Of a stretch of 64,000 nt of DNA, positions 48,682 to 57,806 are shown piece by piece. The translations under genes and the position numbers were made by a program. The stretch covers positions 81,967 to 145,966 of the forward strand of contig JASKKP010000001.1 in NCBI GenBank assembly GCA_030154105.1, given 5' to 3'. The notes below the pieces were generated by a model that was not told the origin of the DNA, did no database searches, and saw only the letters and a program-made list of their open reading frames with translations. The number at the start of each line of letters is the position of its first letter. Within the stretch, counting starts at the first letter, position 1. The stretch comes from Bacillota bacterium. GTDB taxonomy: Bacteria > Bacillota > DTU030 > DUMP01.

Positions 48682-49123
48682 AGTGCGTATAGAACCCATG
48701 ACGGTGGACGATATCCCGGGCGTGCTGGAGGTGGAGGAAAAGTCCTTTCCCACGCCGTGGAAGCGCGACGCGTTTTTATTTGAACTTCTACACAACAAGG
48801 TGGCCCATTACCTGGTGGCCAAGGCCGGCAATCGAGTGGTGGGCTACGGCGGAATGTGGATCCTCGTGGACGAGGCCCATGTGACGAACATTGCTGTGCA
48901 CCCTGATTGGCGCCGGCGCGGTATCGGCGAAGCCCTCCTCCGGCGGCTTATGGCTGAGGCAAAAGAGCGCGGCGCCGACCGCATGACCCTTGAGGTTCGG
49001 AAATCCAATTGGCAGGCTCGCCGCCTTTATGAGAAGCTTGGCTTCCTTACCCTCGGCTGCCGCCGCAACTACTACACCGAGACCCGCGAAGACGCGCTCA
49101 TCATGTGGAAGTACGACTTATAG
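48665..49123 (+). CDS. rimI: Ribosomal-protein alanine N-acetyltransferase
   Basis: HVTNIAV-P--RRRGIG, LEVR-SN--A--LY, R-NYY...EDAL-M. Confidence 0.92.
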   Translation: MELVPEVRIEPMTVDDIPGVLEVEEKSFPTPWKRDAFLFELLHNKVAHYLVAKAGNRVVGYGGMWILVDEAHVTNIAVHPDWRRRGIGEALLRRLMAEAKERGADRMTLEVRKSNWQARRLYEKLGFLTLGCRRNYYTETREDALIMWKYDL

Positions 49124-49284
49124 CGCGTAGAATTTCAGCCCGTCCGTAGATGTCGGACAGGGAAGGAAGCGTGTACAGTCTTGCCCGGGGGGCTCTTAGA
49201 ACACTAAGCGCTATTTCCCAAGCCCCCGAATAGAAAGGGATCCCTGGAGAAGTGGGATCCCTTAATTTTTGTGCTGACTGTGCA

Positions 49285-49300
49285 ATAACCAACAGGTTAT
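49285..49300. promoter_or_regulatory. Palindromic operator upstream of the ferredoxin-flavoprotein cassette (LysR-type candidate)
   Basis: ATAACC-AACA-GGTTAT, about 55-65 nt upstream of TATAAT at 49351, which lacks a good -35. Confidence 0.5.
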
Positions 49301-49469
49301 CAGTGAGATGAAACTTAGATATTTCAGCCTCTTTGCAAACAAAGCTAAAATATAATTGAAAAATAATCAGGAGGCGGAGGCAAAATTCTCTGCGGGCCAA
49401 TTTTCTTTATATTATGCAGATTGACTCGGTCGGCTTGCGCAAGAGAGCTATAGGGAGGAGGTATAGGCA

Positions 49470-49703
49470 TTGAACACCATTGTTGTTGACAGAGAGAAAT
49501 GTGTAGGTTGTAAGCTATGTTATCGGGCCTGCTGGCGAGATGTGATCCGGTGGGACGAAAAGGAAAACGTACCCAGGGGTGTCTACATGGAAGACTGTGC
49601 CGAGTGTAATTGGTGCGAAATAATTTGTCCCCACGAGGCCATAACGGTGAAAATTGACTACTCGCGACCGTTTCCCTCGCCGTATATACCGGGGAAAAAC
49701 TAG
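49470..49703 (+). CDS. 2x[4Fe-4S] ferredoxin, AprB-like
   Basis: CVGCKLCYRAC and CAECNWCEIICP. Confidence 0.9.
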   Translation: MNTIVVDREKCVGCKLCYRACWRDVIRWDEKENVPRGVYMEDCAECNWCEIICPHEAITVKIDYSRPFPSPYIPGKN

Positions 49704-49735
49704 AAAATGCGTGATTCAAGGAGGGAGTGGGGGTT

Positions 49736-51469
49736 ATGCCGCAAGGACTCGATACGCAGGTGTACGAAACGGATATCCTGGTGGTTGGGCACGGTATTGC
49801 TGGCCTGGCTGCTGCTATAAGCGCAAAAGAAAATCAGCCCAGCTTAAGGGTAACGACTGTGGACAAAGGGTGCGTTGGCTACGCGGGGAAGGCAAACAAG
49901 GGAGGCGGACACGTCGCGTTTATACCAGAAGGTGGCGAAGAACAGTATGTAGAGTACCACACGCGTAATCTGGGTGATTATCTTAATGATCAGGACATGC
50001 TGCGGATCTACGCCAATTCAACCCTCAAGACATTAGGTCGCTGGGAATCGTGGGGCGTAAAGTTCATAATCCCACGTGAAAGGGCATTAAATGCCCATCC
50101 GATTATTCCCTGGAAAATCACTTTGGTCGATCTGGACGTGATGGTCCAGATGGGCCGCTATGCTCGGGAGCTAGGCATTAAGAGCGTGGAAAAAACTACT
50201 ATCATTGATCTCTTAAGGAAAGGCGACCGCGTTGTAGGAGCTATCGGTTTTGACCTGATTACGGGTAACACGATAATTTTCAAAGCGAAAGCGGTCATTA
50301 TGGCCAACGGCAACCAAAACTGGGGTATTGTTCCGATGTGGTCCAGCGGACGCGGCGATGGCATAGCTGCGGCCTATCGGGCCGGGGCGAAGATGCGCAA
50401 TGCCGAATTTGGTAGCTTCATTCAAATCGTGCATAAGGACAGCAAAACTGTTTCCTACGGAGCGGAGGATTGCCTTTACAACGCCCAGGGAGAAAATGTA
50501 AGCACCCGCGCCAACCTGGAAGAAAACCTGCGAACGGTTGTGGGCGGAGTCGACTTGGGTGGTAGTCAGTCTGTTCTTATGTACCTTGAAGTTAGAGACG
50601 GTAAAGGCCCTATCTACGAAAAGGTGGAAGAAAATAAACTCCCCGGCTCGTTTATAGGCAGAAATTTATGCTGTCAAGGTACTGCTGACCCGCCGTTTTA
50701 TCGCCCGTGGGCGCAAAAGTTTTGGGATCGCCTCAATGCGAAGAATCGCGCTCAGTGTCCAGGTTTTGACGTTCCGTTACGTGAGTCGGTTCCTGCTGTA
50801 GTGGGCGAGATGAGCCCTTTATACGTTGACCACAACATGTATACGGGCGTGCCGGGGCTATATGCGGCGGGAGACATCTGCGCCAACGGCAGTGCGTGGT
50901 CGGGTGCCGTTCCCACACCACCGGGCAGAAACCGCGGTTCCGGTTTGATGCATGCCGTACTTACGGCGATAATCGCTGCTAAGTCGGCCTGTGAGTATGC
51001 CGCCGCTGTTTCTTGGGAGGATCCTGAGCCTGATCAAATCGACGCCCTGAGGCAAAGAATGTACGCCAATTTAAACAATCGCGGGGCCATTAGGCCTACG
51101 GATATGAAATGGCAGATTCAAAACATTATGCAGCCGGTAGCTTACACCGGCTACAAAAGGGAAGATAGGTTACAGGAAGCCTTGGGAAAAGTCCTTGAGC
51201 TAAAAGGCATGCTACCTGACTTGGTTGCTCGGGATCCTCACGAACTGGCCTCTGTGCATGAGTGTATTAACACCGTCTTATGCGCCGAAATGTTCTTCCG
51301 GGCATCGCTCGCGCGGAAAGAAAGCAGAGGTTGGCACTTGAGAGAAGACTACCCGCACCGGGATGACAAAAACTTTCTAAAGTGGATTGTGATCAAGGAT
51401 AATAACGGCGAAATGGAGCTTAGCTTGGAAGACGTTCCCATTGAGAGATACAAGTACAAACCGGAATGA
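49736..51469 (+). CDS. FAD-dependent oxidoreductase, SdhA/FrdA/AprA superfamily
   Basis: DILVVGHGIAGL-AA, GDGIAAAYRAGA, GLYAAGD, ESRGWH-REDYP; GGAGGGAG RBS. Confidence 0.85.
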   Translation: MPQGLDTQVYETDILVVGHGIAGLAAAISAKENQPSLRVTTVDKGCVGYAGKANKGGGHVAFIPEGGEEQYVEYHTRNLGDYLNDQDMLRIYANSTLKTLGRWESWGVKFIIPRERALNAHPIIPWKITLVDLDVMVQMGRYARELGIKSVEKTTIIDLLRKGDRVVGAIGFDLITGNTIIFKAKAVIMANGNQNWGIVPMWSSGRGDGIAAAYRAGAKMRNAEFGSFIQIVHKDSKTVSYGAEDCLYNAQGENVSTRANLEENLRTVVGGVDLGGSQSVLMYLEVRDGKGPIYEKVEENKLPGSFIGRNLCCQGTADPPFYRPWAQKFWDRLNAKNRAQCPGFDVPLRESVPAVVGEMSPLYVDHNMYTGVPGLYAAGDICANGSAWSGAVPTPPGRNRGSGLMHAVLTAIIAAKSACEYAAAVSWEDPEPDQIDALRQRMYANLNNRGAIRPTDMKWQIQNIMQPVAYTGYKREDRLQEALGKVLELKGMLPDLVARDPHELASVHECINTVLCAEMFFRASLARKESRGWHLREDYPHRDDKNFLKWIVIKDNNGEMELSLEDVPIERYKYKPE

Positions 51470-51518
51470 GTCTATCCATGCAATTAGCCGGCTAGTAGCG
51501 GACAGGGAGGACTAAAGA

Positions 51519-52139
51519 GTGGGAGTTAGACAGGACGATCGCAAATGGACCCACATTGATTGGGAGTTGGAAAACGTAACCGCGAAAATGATCAGCTGGT
51601 TTTGGTGCAATATGGAAAAGGGTTTTGCGCTGTGGCATCCTAACGAACACATGGATTTCTATTGGGCGATCAAACCTAAAAACAACAATCCGATAGGTTC
51701 AATTCACGTAGCGCCGCAGCGCTGGTCCGATGGCACTTTGACGAAGCCCCACATACGTATGGAAGATGTAGCTACGCTCCCTGAGGATATCGCCGATATC
51801 ATCATTTATGATCATGCCGTAGTGGTAGCAGGGATCAGCCTGACGGAAGAAGACTACAAACCCGACAACCCGCCCCTTGCGTACCGTATTCACCAGTGGG
51901 AGAAGACGGATTTCGGGGTCAAGGGTATGTCTTCGGCCATTCCGTTGGCCCCAGAACCCTTGGAAGTAGAGAGGGGGCTCGTTTGGGCCAAGCATGCCGC
52001 AGAAGAGGTACGATACTGGCAAGATTTTCTCCCCGAGCTCTACAAGTTGTGGAGTGTGGTGAAAAACCCGGAACTAAATCCTTATTTCTCGTTCAAGATA
52101 AAACGAGAGGGTAAAACCTTGAGGTATGCAACAGATTAG
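51519..52139 (+). CDS. PhlG/phloretin-hydrolase-like (DAPG hydrolase family) protein
   Basis: M-SWFW...LWHPNEH and KHAAEE---WQDFLPELY recall the His/Glu metal-ligand motifs of PhlG. Confidence 0.6.
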   Translation: MGVRQDDRKWTHIDWELENVTAKMISWFWCNMEKGFALWHPNEHMDFYWAIKPKNNNPIGSIHVAPQRWSDGTLTKPHIRMEDVATLPEDIADIIIYDHAVVVAGISLTEEDYKPDNPPLAYRIHQWEKTDFGVKGMSSAIPLAPEPLEVERGLVWAKHAAEEVRYWQDFLPELYKLWSVVKNPELNPYFSFKIKREGKTLRYATD

Positions 52140-52248
52140 AATTATCTCGTTTTATGGCTGAGGTCTCGTGCCCGTCCTCTCGGGCTACACACCAACGTGG
52201 CGGGGAAGAGGAGCACGAGATCTTTTTTTCTTTTCGGGCCGAGGTGGA

Positions 52249-53133
52249 CTAAACAGACTTTTTTTGAGCTAGCAGGTGGTGAATAAACAGGGGTAACGAA
52301 GGATTGCAATTGTTTTTTTCCCAGGCGGCTGATACTACGTGTTTCTCTTCTAGTGCTAGGAACCTGTACATTGTACGCGGGTAAATCCTGACCAGTTTGT
52401 CCACAATGGCAACGCCCAGCCCAGTCTCAACAGATAAGAGCATCGAGCCAATATTTGGTGCTATGACAATTTCTTTCGGGGCAAAGCCGTACCTTGCGCA
52501 AACCTGAGCAACAAAGTCCTTGGCTACAGGGGATTCGTCGGGCGCGATGACAAAAAACCGCTCATTTCGCAAATCTGAAGGTCGCAGATCTTTTTTGCCG
52601 CAAAGGGGATGGTGCCGGGAAATGATTATAGCACAAGGAGCTTCACAGATCGTGAGGCGCTCGAGGTCTGGTCTATCTTTTACCTCTACGTCAAGGGTAA
52701 TAATGAGGTCTAATGCCCCCACGTTGAGCAGACGGAGCAATGCTGAAAAACCATAGCGCTCTATTTTTAAATGAACGCCAGGATGTTCGTTCTGAAAAGC
52801 TTTAAGAGCTTTGGGCAAGAAGCGAAGATCCAACTCTTCAAGGCAACCTATGTTTAACACCCCACGGGGTTCTTTGCAAATCCTTCTAGCTTTACTTAAA
52901 GACTGCTCGTATTCCTCGGCGATGCGCTGGAACGCCGCCAGCATAACCTCTCCTGCCGGTGTTAGCCTAACAGAGCGGTAGTTTCGCTCGAAAAGCTTGA
53001 CCCCCATTTCCCTTTCCATGGCCGCGATTTGCTTGCTTATGGCCGGTTGGGAGACAAAGAGATGCTTGGCCGTTTTAGTGAAATTTAGGTACTTGGCTAG
53101 GGCCAGAAAATACTTTATCTGCAAGCTGTTCAT
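52249..53133 (-). CDS. LysR-family regulator
   Basis: NFTKTAKHLFVSQPAISKQI--ME-EMGVKLFER. Confidence 0.95.
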   Translation of the reverse strand: MNSLQIKYFLALAKYLNFTKTAKHLFVSQPAISKQIAAMEREMGVKLFERNYRSVRLTPAGEVMLAAFQRIAEEYEQSLSKARRICKEPRGVLNIGCLEELDLRFLPKALKAFQNEHPGVHLKIERYGFSALLRLLNVGALDLIITLDVEVKDRPDLERLTICEAPCAIIISRHHPLCGKKDLRPSDLRNERFFVIAPDESPVAKDFVAQVCARYGFAPKEIVIAPNIGSMLLSVETGLGVAIVDKLVRIYPRTMYRFLALEEKHVVSAAWEKNNCNPSLPLFIHHLLAQKKSV

Positions 53134-53425
53134 ATCATCACCCTGCCCGGGGGCGTATAATCGTTAAGCCGTAGAACATAGGTTGCATATTCGCCGGGTT
53201 CGGTTACTAAATTCGATAAAGGCTAGACGGTTCCTGCTGAACATAGGCAATAGTACGCTTTGTAACACAACATTATTGATGGTACGAATTATCCCACCAA
53301 AGACGACGGTGTGTTGGTCGGGCAGTGGGGCAACCTAGCCGTGCGGCAGAGCTTCGAGGCCCTGATGCACCTTCTTGCCGACGAAAACTGGTGCGTTTAA
53401 TGATATAATGTCCTTAGGTGATAGC

Positions 53426-55021
53426 ATGTGGGGGAGAACCTTAAGCCTAAGGGCGCTGATCGTTATTCTGGTCACTGCGGTGGTGGTTTCGTCGCTGGGG
53501 CTGGTGGCTTTCCTCACCACGCAGGTGATGGAACGCAACATGAAGGACCAGATCGGCCAAAACGCCCTGAGCATTGCTCGGTTGGTGGCTTCCCTTCCGG
53601 AAATCAGTGCCGCCTGCCAGGCACCGGACCCGGCCGTCGCCTTAAGACCGTTGGTGGAGAAGATTCAGGAACGCACCGGGGTCAATTTTGTGGTGGTAAT
53701 GGATATGAATGGAATTCGCTACACTCATCCCAACCGGAGTCTAATCGGCCTGCGCTTTACCGGCGGCGATGAGGGACCGGCGCTTAGGGGGGCAGAGTAT
53801 TATTCGGCGGCGGTGGGCATATCGGGCCCGTCCATCCGCGGTTTCGCGCCGGTGTACGATGCCCAGGGGCGACAGATTGCGGCCGTGGCGGTGGGAATTT
53901 TCCAGAGCGGGATATACCGGGCCCTGCACGAGCTAAGGTGGGCCATCCTCAGCACGGCGGTGTGGGGCCTCTTGGTAGGGTTCTTTGGAGCGGTGCTTTT
54001 GGCTGCCCGCATAAAACGGGCCATCTTTAACCTGGAGCCCATCGAAATTGCTACTTTGCAGCAGGAGCAGCAGGCCATGCTCTACTCGCTCCGCGAGGGT
54101 ATCATCGCCATAAACAGCGAAGGCCGCATATCTCTTATCAATGAAGAAGCGCGGCGGATTATGGGCCTGGGGCCGGAGTGCGTAGGCCGGCCGATTGAAG
54201 AGCTCATCCCTTCTACGCGGCTCCCCCAGGTGATGGCCACCGGCCGGCCTGAGTACGACCAGGAACAATTCATCAACGGTCGGGTCATCCTCACCAACAG
54301 GGTGCCGGTGGTGGTAAACGGCCGTGTTGTCGGAGCCTTGGCCACTTTCCGCGACCGCACGGAAATCCAGAGCCTCATGGAGGAACTTACGGGGGTTAAG
54401 CAGCTGGTAACGGCACTGAGGGCGCAGTCGCACGAATTCTTGAACAAGCTCCATACCATTCTTGGACTGATCCAACTCGGCGAGTACGAGGAGGCGGTGC
54501 GCTTTATCAGCCAGACCAGCAGCCAACAGCAGCAGCTGGTTAGCCTAGTCGTGCGCCGGCTCAAGAACCCCGCTGTAGCCGGCCTCCTCTTGGGTAAGAT
54601 TGCCGAGGCGCGCGAACGCCAGGTGCGGCTCATCATCCGCCCCGGTAGCCATCTCGAGGATTTGCCGCCCCTCTTTGATACCTACCAAATGGTGGCCGTC
54701 TTGGGCAATTTGGTGCAAAACGCCATCGAGGCGGTGGAAAAGCAGCCTCCTGAGCGGAGAGAAGTGGCCGTTTCTATTTACAGCCGCGCCGACCGCCTGG
54801 AATTTTTTGTCCACGACCGCGGGACCGGGATACCTCCGGATATCCGGAGCCGTATCTTTGAACCTGCCTTTTCGACGAAAGAGGAGGGCCGCGGCTTGGG
54901 GTTGCACCTGGTGGAAGAGCACGTGCAGGCGGCGGGCGGACGGATCGGGCTACGCAGTTCGGCCAGGGGGACGACCTTCCGCATTGTTATTCCCCGCCTG
55001 GGGGGAGGGCAGGCGGCATGA
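53426..55021 (+). CDS. CitA/DcuS/MalK-type sensor histidine kinase
   Basis: TM-sCache-TM-PAS, LRAQSHEF-NKLH, LGNLVQNA, STK..GRGLGL. Confidence 0.92.
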   Translation: MWGRTLSLRALIVILVTAVVVSSLGLVAFLTTQVMERNMKDQIGQNALSIARLVASLPEISAACQAPDPAVALRPLVEKIQERTGVNFVVVMDMNGIRYTHPNRSLIGLRFTGGDEGPALRGAEYYSAAVGISGPSIRGFAPVYDAQGRQIAAVAVGIFQSGIYRALHELRWAILSTAVWGLLVGFFGAVLLAARIKRAIFNLEPIEIATLQQEQQAMLYSLREGIIAINSEGRISLINEEARRIMGLGPECVGRPIEELIPSTRLPQVMATGRPEYDQEQFINGRVILTNRVPVVVNGRVVGALATFRDRTEIQSLMEELTGVKQLVTALRAQSHEFLNKLHTILGLIQLGEYEEAVRFISQTSSQQQQLVSLVVRRLKNPAVAGLLLGKIAEARERQVRLIIRPGSHLEDLPPLFDTYQMVAVLGNLVQNAIEAVEKQPPERREVAVSIYSRADRLEFFVHDRGTGIPPDIRSRIFEPAFSTKEEGRGLGLHLVEEHVQAAGGRIGLRSSARGTTFRIVIPRLGGGQAA

Positions 55022-55698
55022 GCGAGGTTATAAGGGTGCTCATTGTGGAAGACGACTCCATGGTGGCGGAGATCAACAAAAGGTATACGGAGAAGACCGG
55101 TGGATTCTGGGTGGTCGGTGTGGCCACGACCGGCGAGGAGGCGGTGGAGGCCGTCCGCTCGCTCAACCCGGACCTGGTTCTGCTGGATGTGTATCTGCCG
55201 CGGGGGAACGGCCTGGAGGTGCTTCGGTCCATCCGGGCGGCCGACATTGCCGCCGATGTCATCCTGATTACGGCAGCACAGGATGCAGTTTCGGTGGAGC
55301 AGGCCCTGCGCTATGGAGCCGTGGACTACATTATCAAACCTTTCGATTTCCACCGCCTGGCCGGTACCCTGAACGCCTACCGCGAGCGGCGCCGCCGCCT
55401 GGCCGAACGTGAGCGCCTGGGGCAGGCGGAAATCGACCGGTTGGTAAAGGGCGTGCCTGCAGGTGTGGCCGATCCCGTTCTGCCCAAAGGGCTGGACCGA
55501 TATACCCTAGATCAGGTCCAAAATTACCTCTGCACCAGAGGCGGAGCGCTTTCGGCTCAGGAGGTCGCGGCTGCGCTCGGACTTTCCCGCGTTACGGTGC
55601 GCCGCTACTTGGAGTACCTGGTGGAGGCGGGGGAGGCGACGGCAGAACTGGAGTACGTACCGGTAGGCCGGCCGGTGAAACGCTATCGCAGCACGTAG
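55018..55698 (+). CDS. CitB/DcuR-type response regulator
   Basis: VEDD, LLDVYLP, DYIIKPF, SRVTVRRYLEYL. Confidence 0.92.
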   Translation: MSEVIRVLIVEDDSMVAEINKRYTEKTGGFWVVGVATTGEEAVEAVRSLNPDLVLLDVYLPRGNGLEVLRSIRAADIAADVILITAAQDAVSVEQALRYGAVDYIIKPFDFHRLAGTLNAYRERRRRLAERERLGQAEIDRLVKGVPAGVADPVLPKGLDRYTLDQVQNYLCTRGGALSAQEVAAALGLSRVTVRRYLEYLVEAGEATAELEYVPVGRPVKRYRST

Positions 55699-55728
55699 TT
55701 AAGAGGTACCGAGCATAATAGGCGTGAG

Positions 55729-56808
55729 GTGAAAGAATTGGACGGCGAAGAGATTATTCTAGGCATCGAAACATCGTGCGACGAAACCTCGGCAGCGCTG
55801 GTTCAGGGCGGGCGTCGCATCCTGGCCAACGTCATTTCTTCGCAGGTGGACCTGCATGCCGTCTACGGCGGCGTGGTACCGGAGTTGGCTTCCCGGCGGC
55901 ATGTGGAGCTGATCGTTCCCGTAGTAGAGCGGGCGTTCCAGGACGCCGGCCTCACCTTTGCCGATGTGGACGCGGTGGCCGTAACCTGCGGCCCGGGGCT
56001 GGTAGGGGCGCTTCTGGTAGGTTTATCCTACGCCAAGGCGGTGGCCCTGGCGCGCGGCGTTCCCTTGGTGGGGGTACACCACACGGCCGCGCATATTTAC
56101 GCTAATCTCCTGGCCTACCCGGAGCTGGAACCGCCTTTTCTGAGCCTGGTGGTTTCGGGCGGCCACACTTCGCTCATCTACGTGCGCGCCCACGGGGCCT
56201 ACGACCTTCTAGGGCAAACGGTGGACGATGCCGCCGGCGAAGCCCTGGATAAAATTGCCCGGGCCTTGGGCCTGGGGTACCCCGGCGGGCCGGCTATAGA
56301 AAAGCTCGCCCGCGAAGGCAACCCGGAAGCACTTCCCCTGCCGCGGGCCGTGGTTCGCGACCATCCCCTGGATTTCAGCTTTAGCGGCCTTAAAACGGCC
56401 GTTCTCAACTACCTGAACCAACTCGCCCAACGCGGGGAGGAACCGAACCGGGCCGACATTGCCGCCAGCCTGCAGGCGGCCGTGGTGGACGCCCTGGTGG
56501 AACGCACCTTGGCCGCGGCCGAGCTTACGGGGGCCCGCCGCATTGCTTTGGCCGGCGGGGTTGCTGCTAACGGGAGGCTGAGGGAAGTTCTCACCGGGCG
56601 GGCGGCGGAGCAGGGCGTGCGGGTTTTTCTACCGCCGCCGGTCCTCTGCACTGATAACGCGGCCATGGTGGCCTGCGCCGGTTACTGGTACTTAAGGCAC
56701 GGCCTCATGGCGCCTCTTTCCCTGAACGCTTTTGCCAATTTGCCCCTGGGGGCAGAGCGCGGCTGGGGAAAAGCTGGGGAAAAGAAAACGGCCCGGGCCG
56801 GAAAATAA
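55729..56808 (+). CDS. tsaD: t6A threonylcarbamoyltransferase TsaD
   Basis: GIETSCDET, PELASRRH, VSGGHT, DDAAGEA-DK, FSFSGLKT, TDNAAM. Confidence 0.97.
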   Translation: MKELDGEEIILGIETSCDETSAALVQGGRRILANVISSQVDLHAVYGGVVPELASRRHVELIVPVVERAFQDAGLTFADVDAVAVTCGPGLVGALLVGLSYAKAVALARGVPLVGVHHTAAHIYANLLAYPELEPPFLSLVVSGGHTSLIYVRAHGAYDLLGQTVDDAAGEALDKIARALGLGYPGGPAIEKLAREGNPEALPLPRAVVRDHPLDFSFSGLKTAVLNYLNQLAQRGEEPNRADIAASLQAAVVDALVERTLAAAELTGARRIALAGGVAANGRLREVLTGRAAEQGVRVFLPPPVLCTDNAAMVACAGYWYLRHGLMAPLSLNAFANLPLGAERGWGKAGEKKTARAGK

Positions 56809-56826
56809 GCCGGCGCCGGCCTCGTT

Positions 56827-56943
56827 TTATCCACGGAGGAGCGGCGGCCCCTCACTGTGGATTCTGGGGAAAAGGGGCAAGAATCCACCCCGCCCCAGGG
56901 TTTTTCTGTGGATAACCCTGTGGAATCTGTGGATTGTGGGAAA
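56827..56943. promoter_or_regulatory. DnaA-box cluster
   Basis: TTATCCACG (56827), perfect TGTGGATAA (56907), and near-matches TGTGGATTC (56856), TGTGGAATC (56919), TGTGGATTG (56928), TGTGGGAAA (56935). Confidence 0.7.
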
Positions 56944-57032
56944 GATTGTTCGCCGGGCACCTCTTTTTATAGGTATATGTGGGACGAACGGACCATAGAA
57001 CCCCTAAGGGACGAGATTGGGAGGTGGAAGGT

Positions 57033-57806
57033 ATGCGGCCCGTTCTTTTTTCCGTCGGCCCGCTAACCATTTACAGTTGGGGTTTCACGCTGGCGTTGGC
57101 CACGCTGGGGGGCATACTGGGAGCCGTTTACCTGGCGCGGCGTTCGGGGTGGGAGCGGCCGGAGGAAATTATCGATGTGGCGGTGGGGGCGGTGCTAGCC
57201 GGCGTGGCCGGGAGCCGGCTCAACTATCTTCTCCTTTACAAACCGGCCGAGTTCCTGAGACGGCCGTGGATTTTCTTCCAGTTTTCTGCCGGCGGGCTGG
57301 TGTTTTACGGTGGGCTGGTCTTGGGGGTGGCCGTAGGCGGCTACCTGGCTTGGCGCCGGCGCCTCGGGTTTTGGGTTACGGGCGACCTGCTGGCTCCCTT
57401 CCTCGCGGTCGGGTACGGAATCGTGCGCGTGGGCTGTTTTCTCAACGGCTGCTGCTACGGGCGCGTAAGCCACGTCCCCTGGGCCGTAGTCGTCCCCGCC
57501 CTGGCCGACGGCCTCCCGCGCCATCCCTCGCAGCTTTACGCTTCGGCCATGGGGCTCTTCTTAGGGCTGCTACTTCTCCTTTTCTACCGGCGGCGGCCGT
57601 TTGACGGGGCGGTTTTTCTGGCCTATATCGGAGGGAGCGCGCTGGAGCGGATCATCGAAGACTTCTTCCGGGATACCCTCATGTACTCCGCCACCTTCAC
57701 TTTGGCGCAGGTGGTGAGCGCCGGTATTTTCGCCCTGGCCGTGTTAATCTACATCTGGCGCGGGCGCAGGGCGGCACGCGAAAAGAGCCTGGGGGTGGCC
57801 GAGTGA
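57033..57806 (+). CDS. lgt: Prolipoprotein diacylglyceryl transferase
   Basis: GL-FYGG, R-GCFLNGCCYG, HPSQLY, E-F-R. Confidence 0.92.
   Translation: MRPVLFSVGPLTIYSWGFTLALATLGGILGAVYLARRSGWERPEEIIDVAVGAVLAGVAGSRLNYLLLYKPAEFLRRPWIFFQFSAGGLVFYGGLVLGVAVGGYLAWRRRLGFWVTGDLLAPFLAVGYGIVRVGCFLNGCCYGRVSHVPWAVVVPALADGLPRHPSQLYASAMGLFLGLLLLLFYRRRPFDGAVFLAYIGGSALERIIEDFFRDTLMYSATFTLAQVVSAGIFALAVLIYIWRGRRAAREKSLGVAE

Noticed and set aside
49470-51469. True dissimilatory APS reductase (aprBA) or succinate dehydrogenase
   Set aside because: No sat, qmo or membrane-anchor genes, short AprA-like chain, and a PhlG-like neighbour; only superfamily membership is supported
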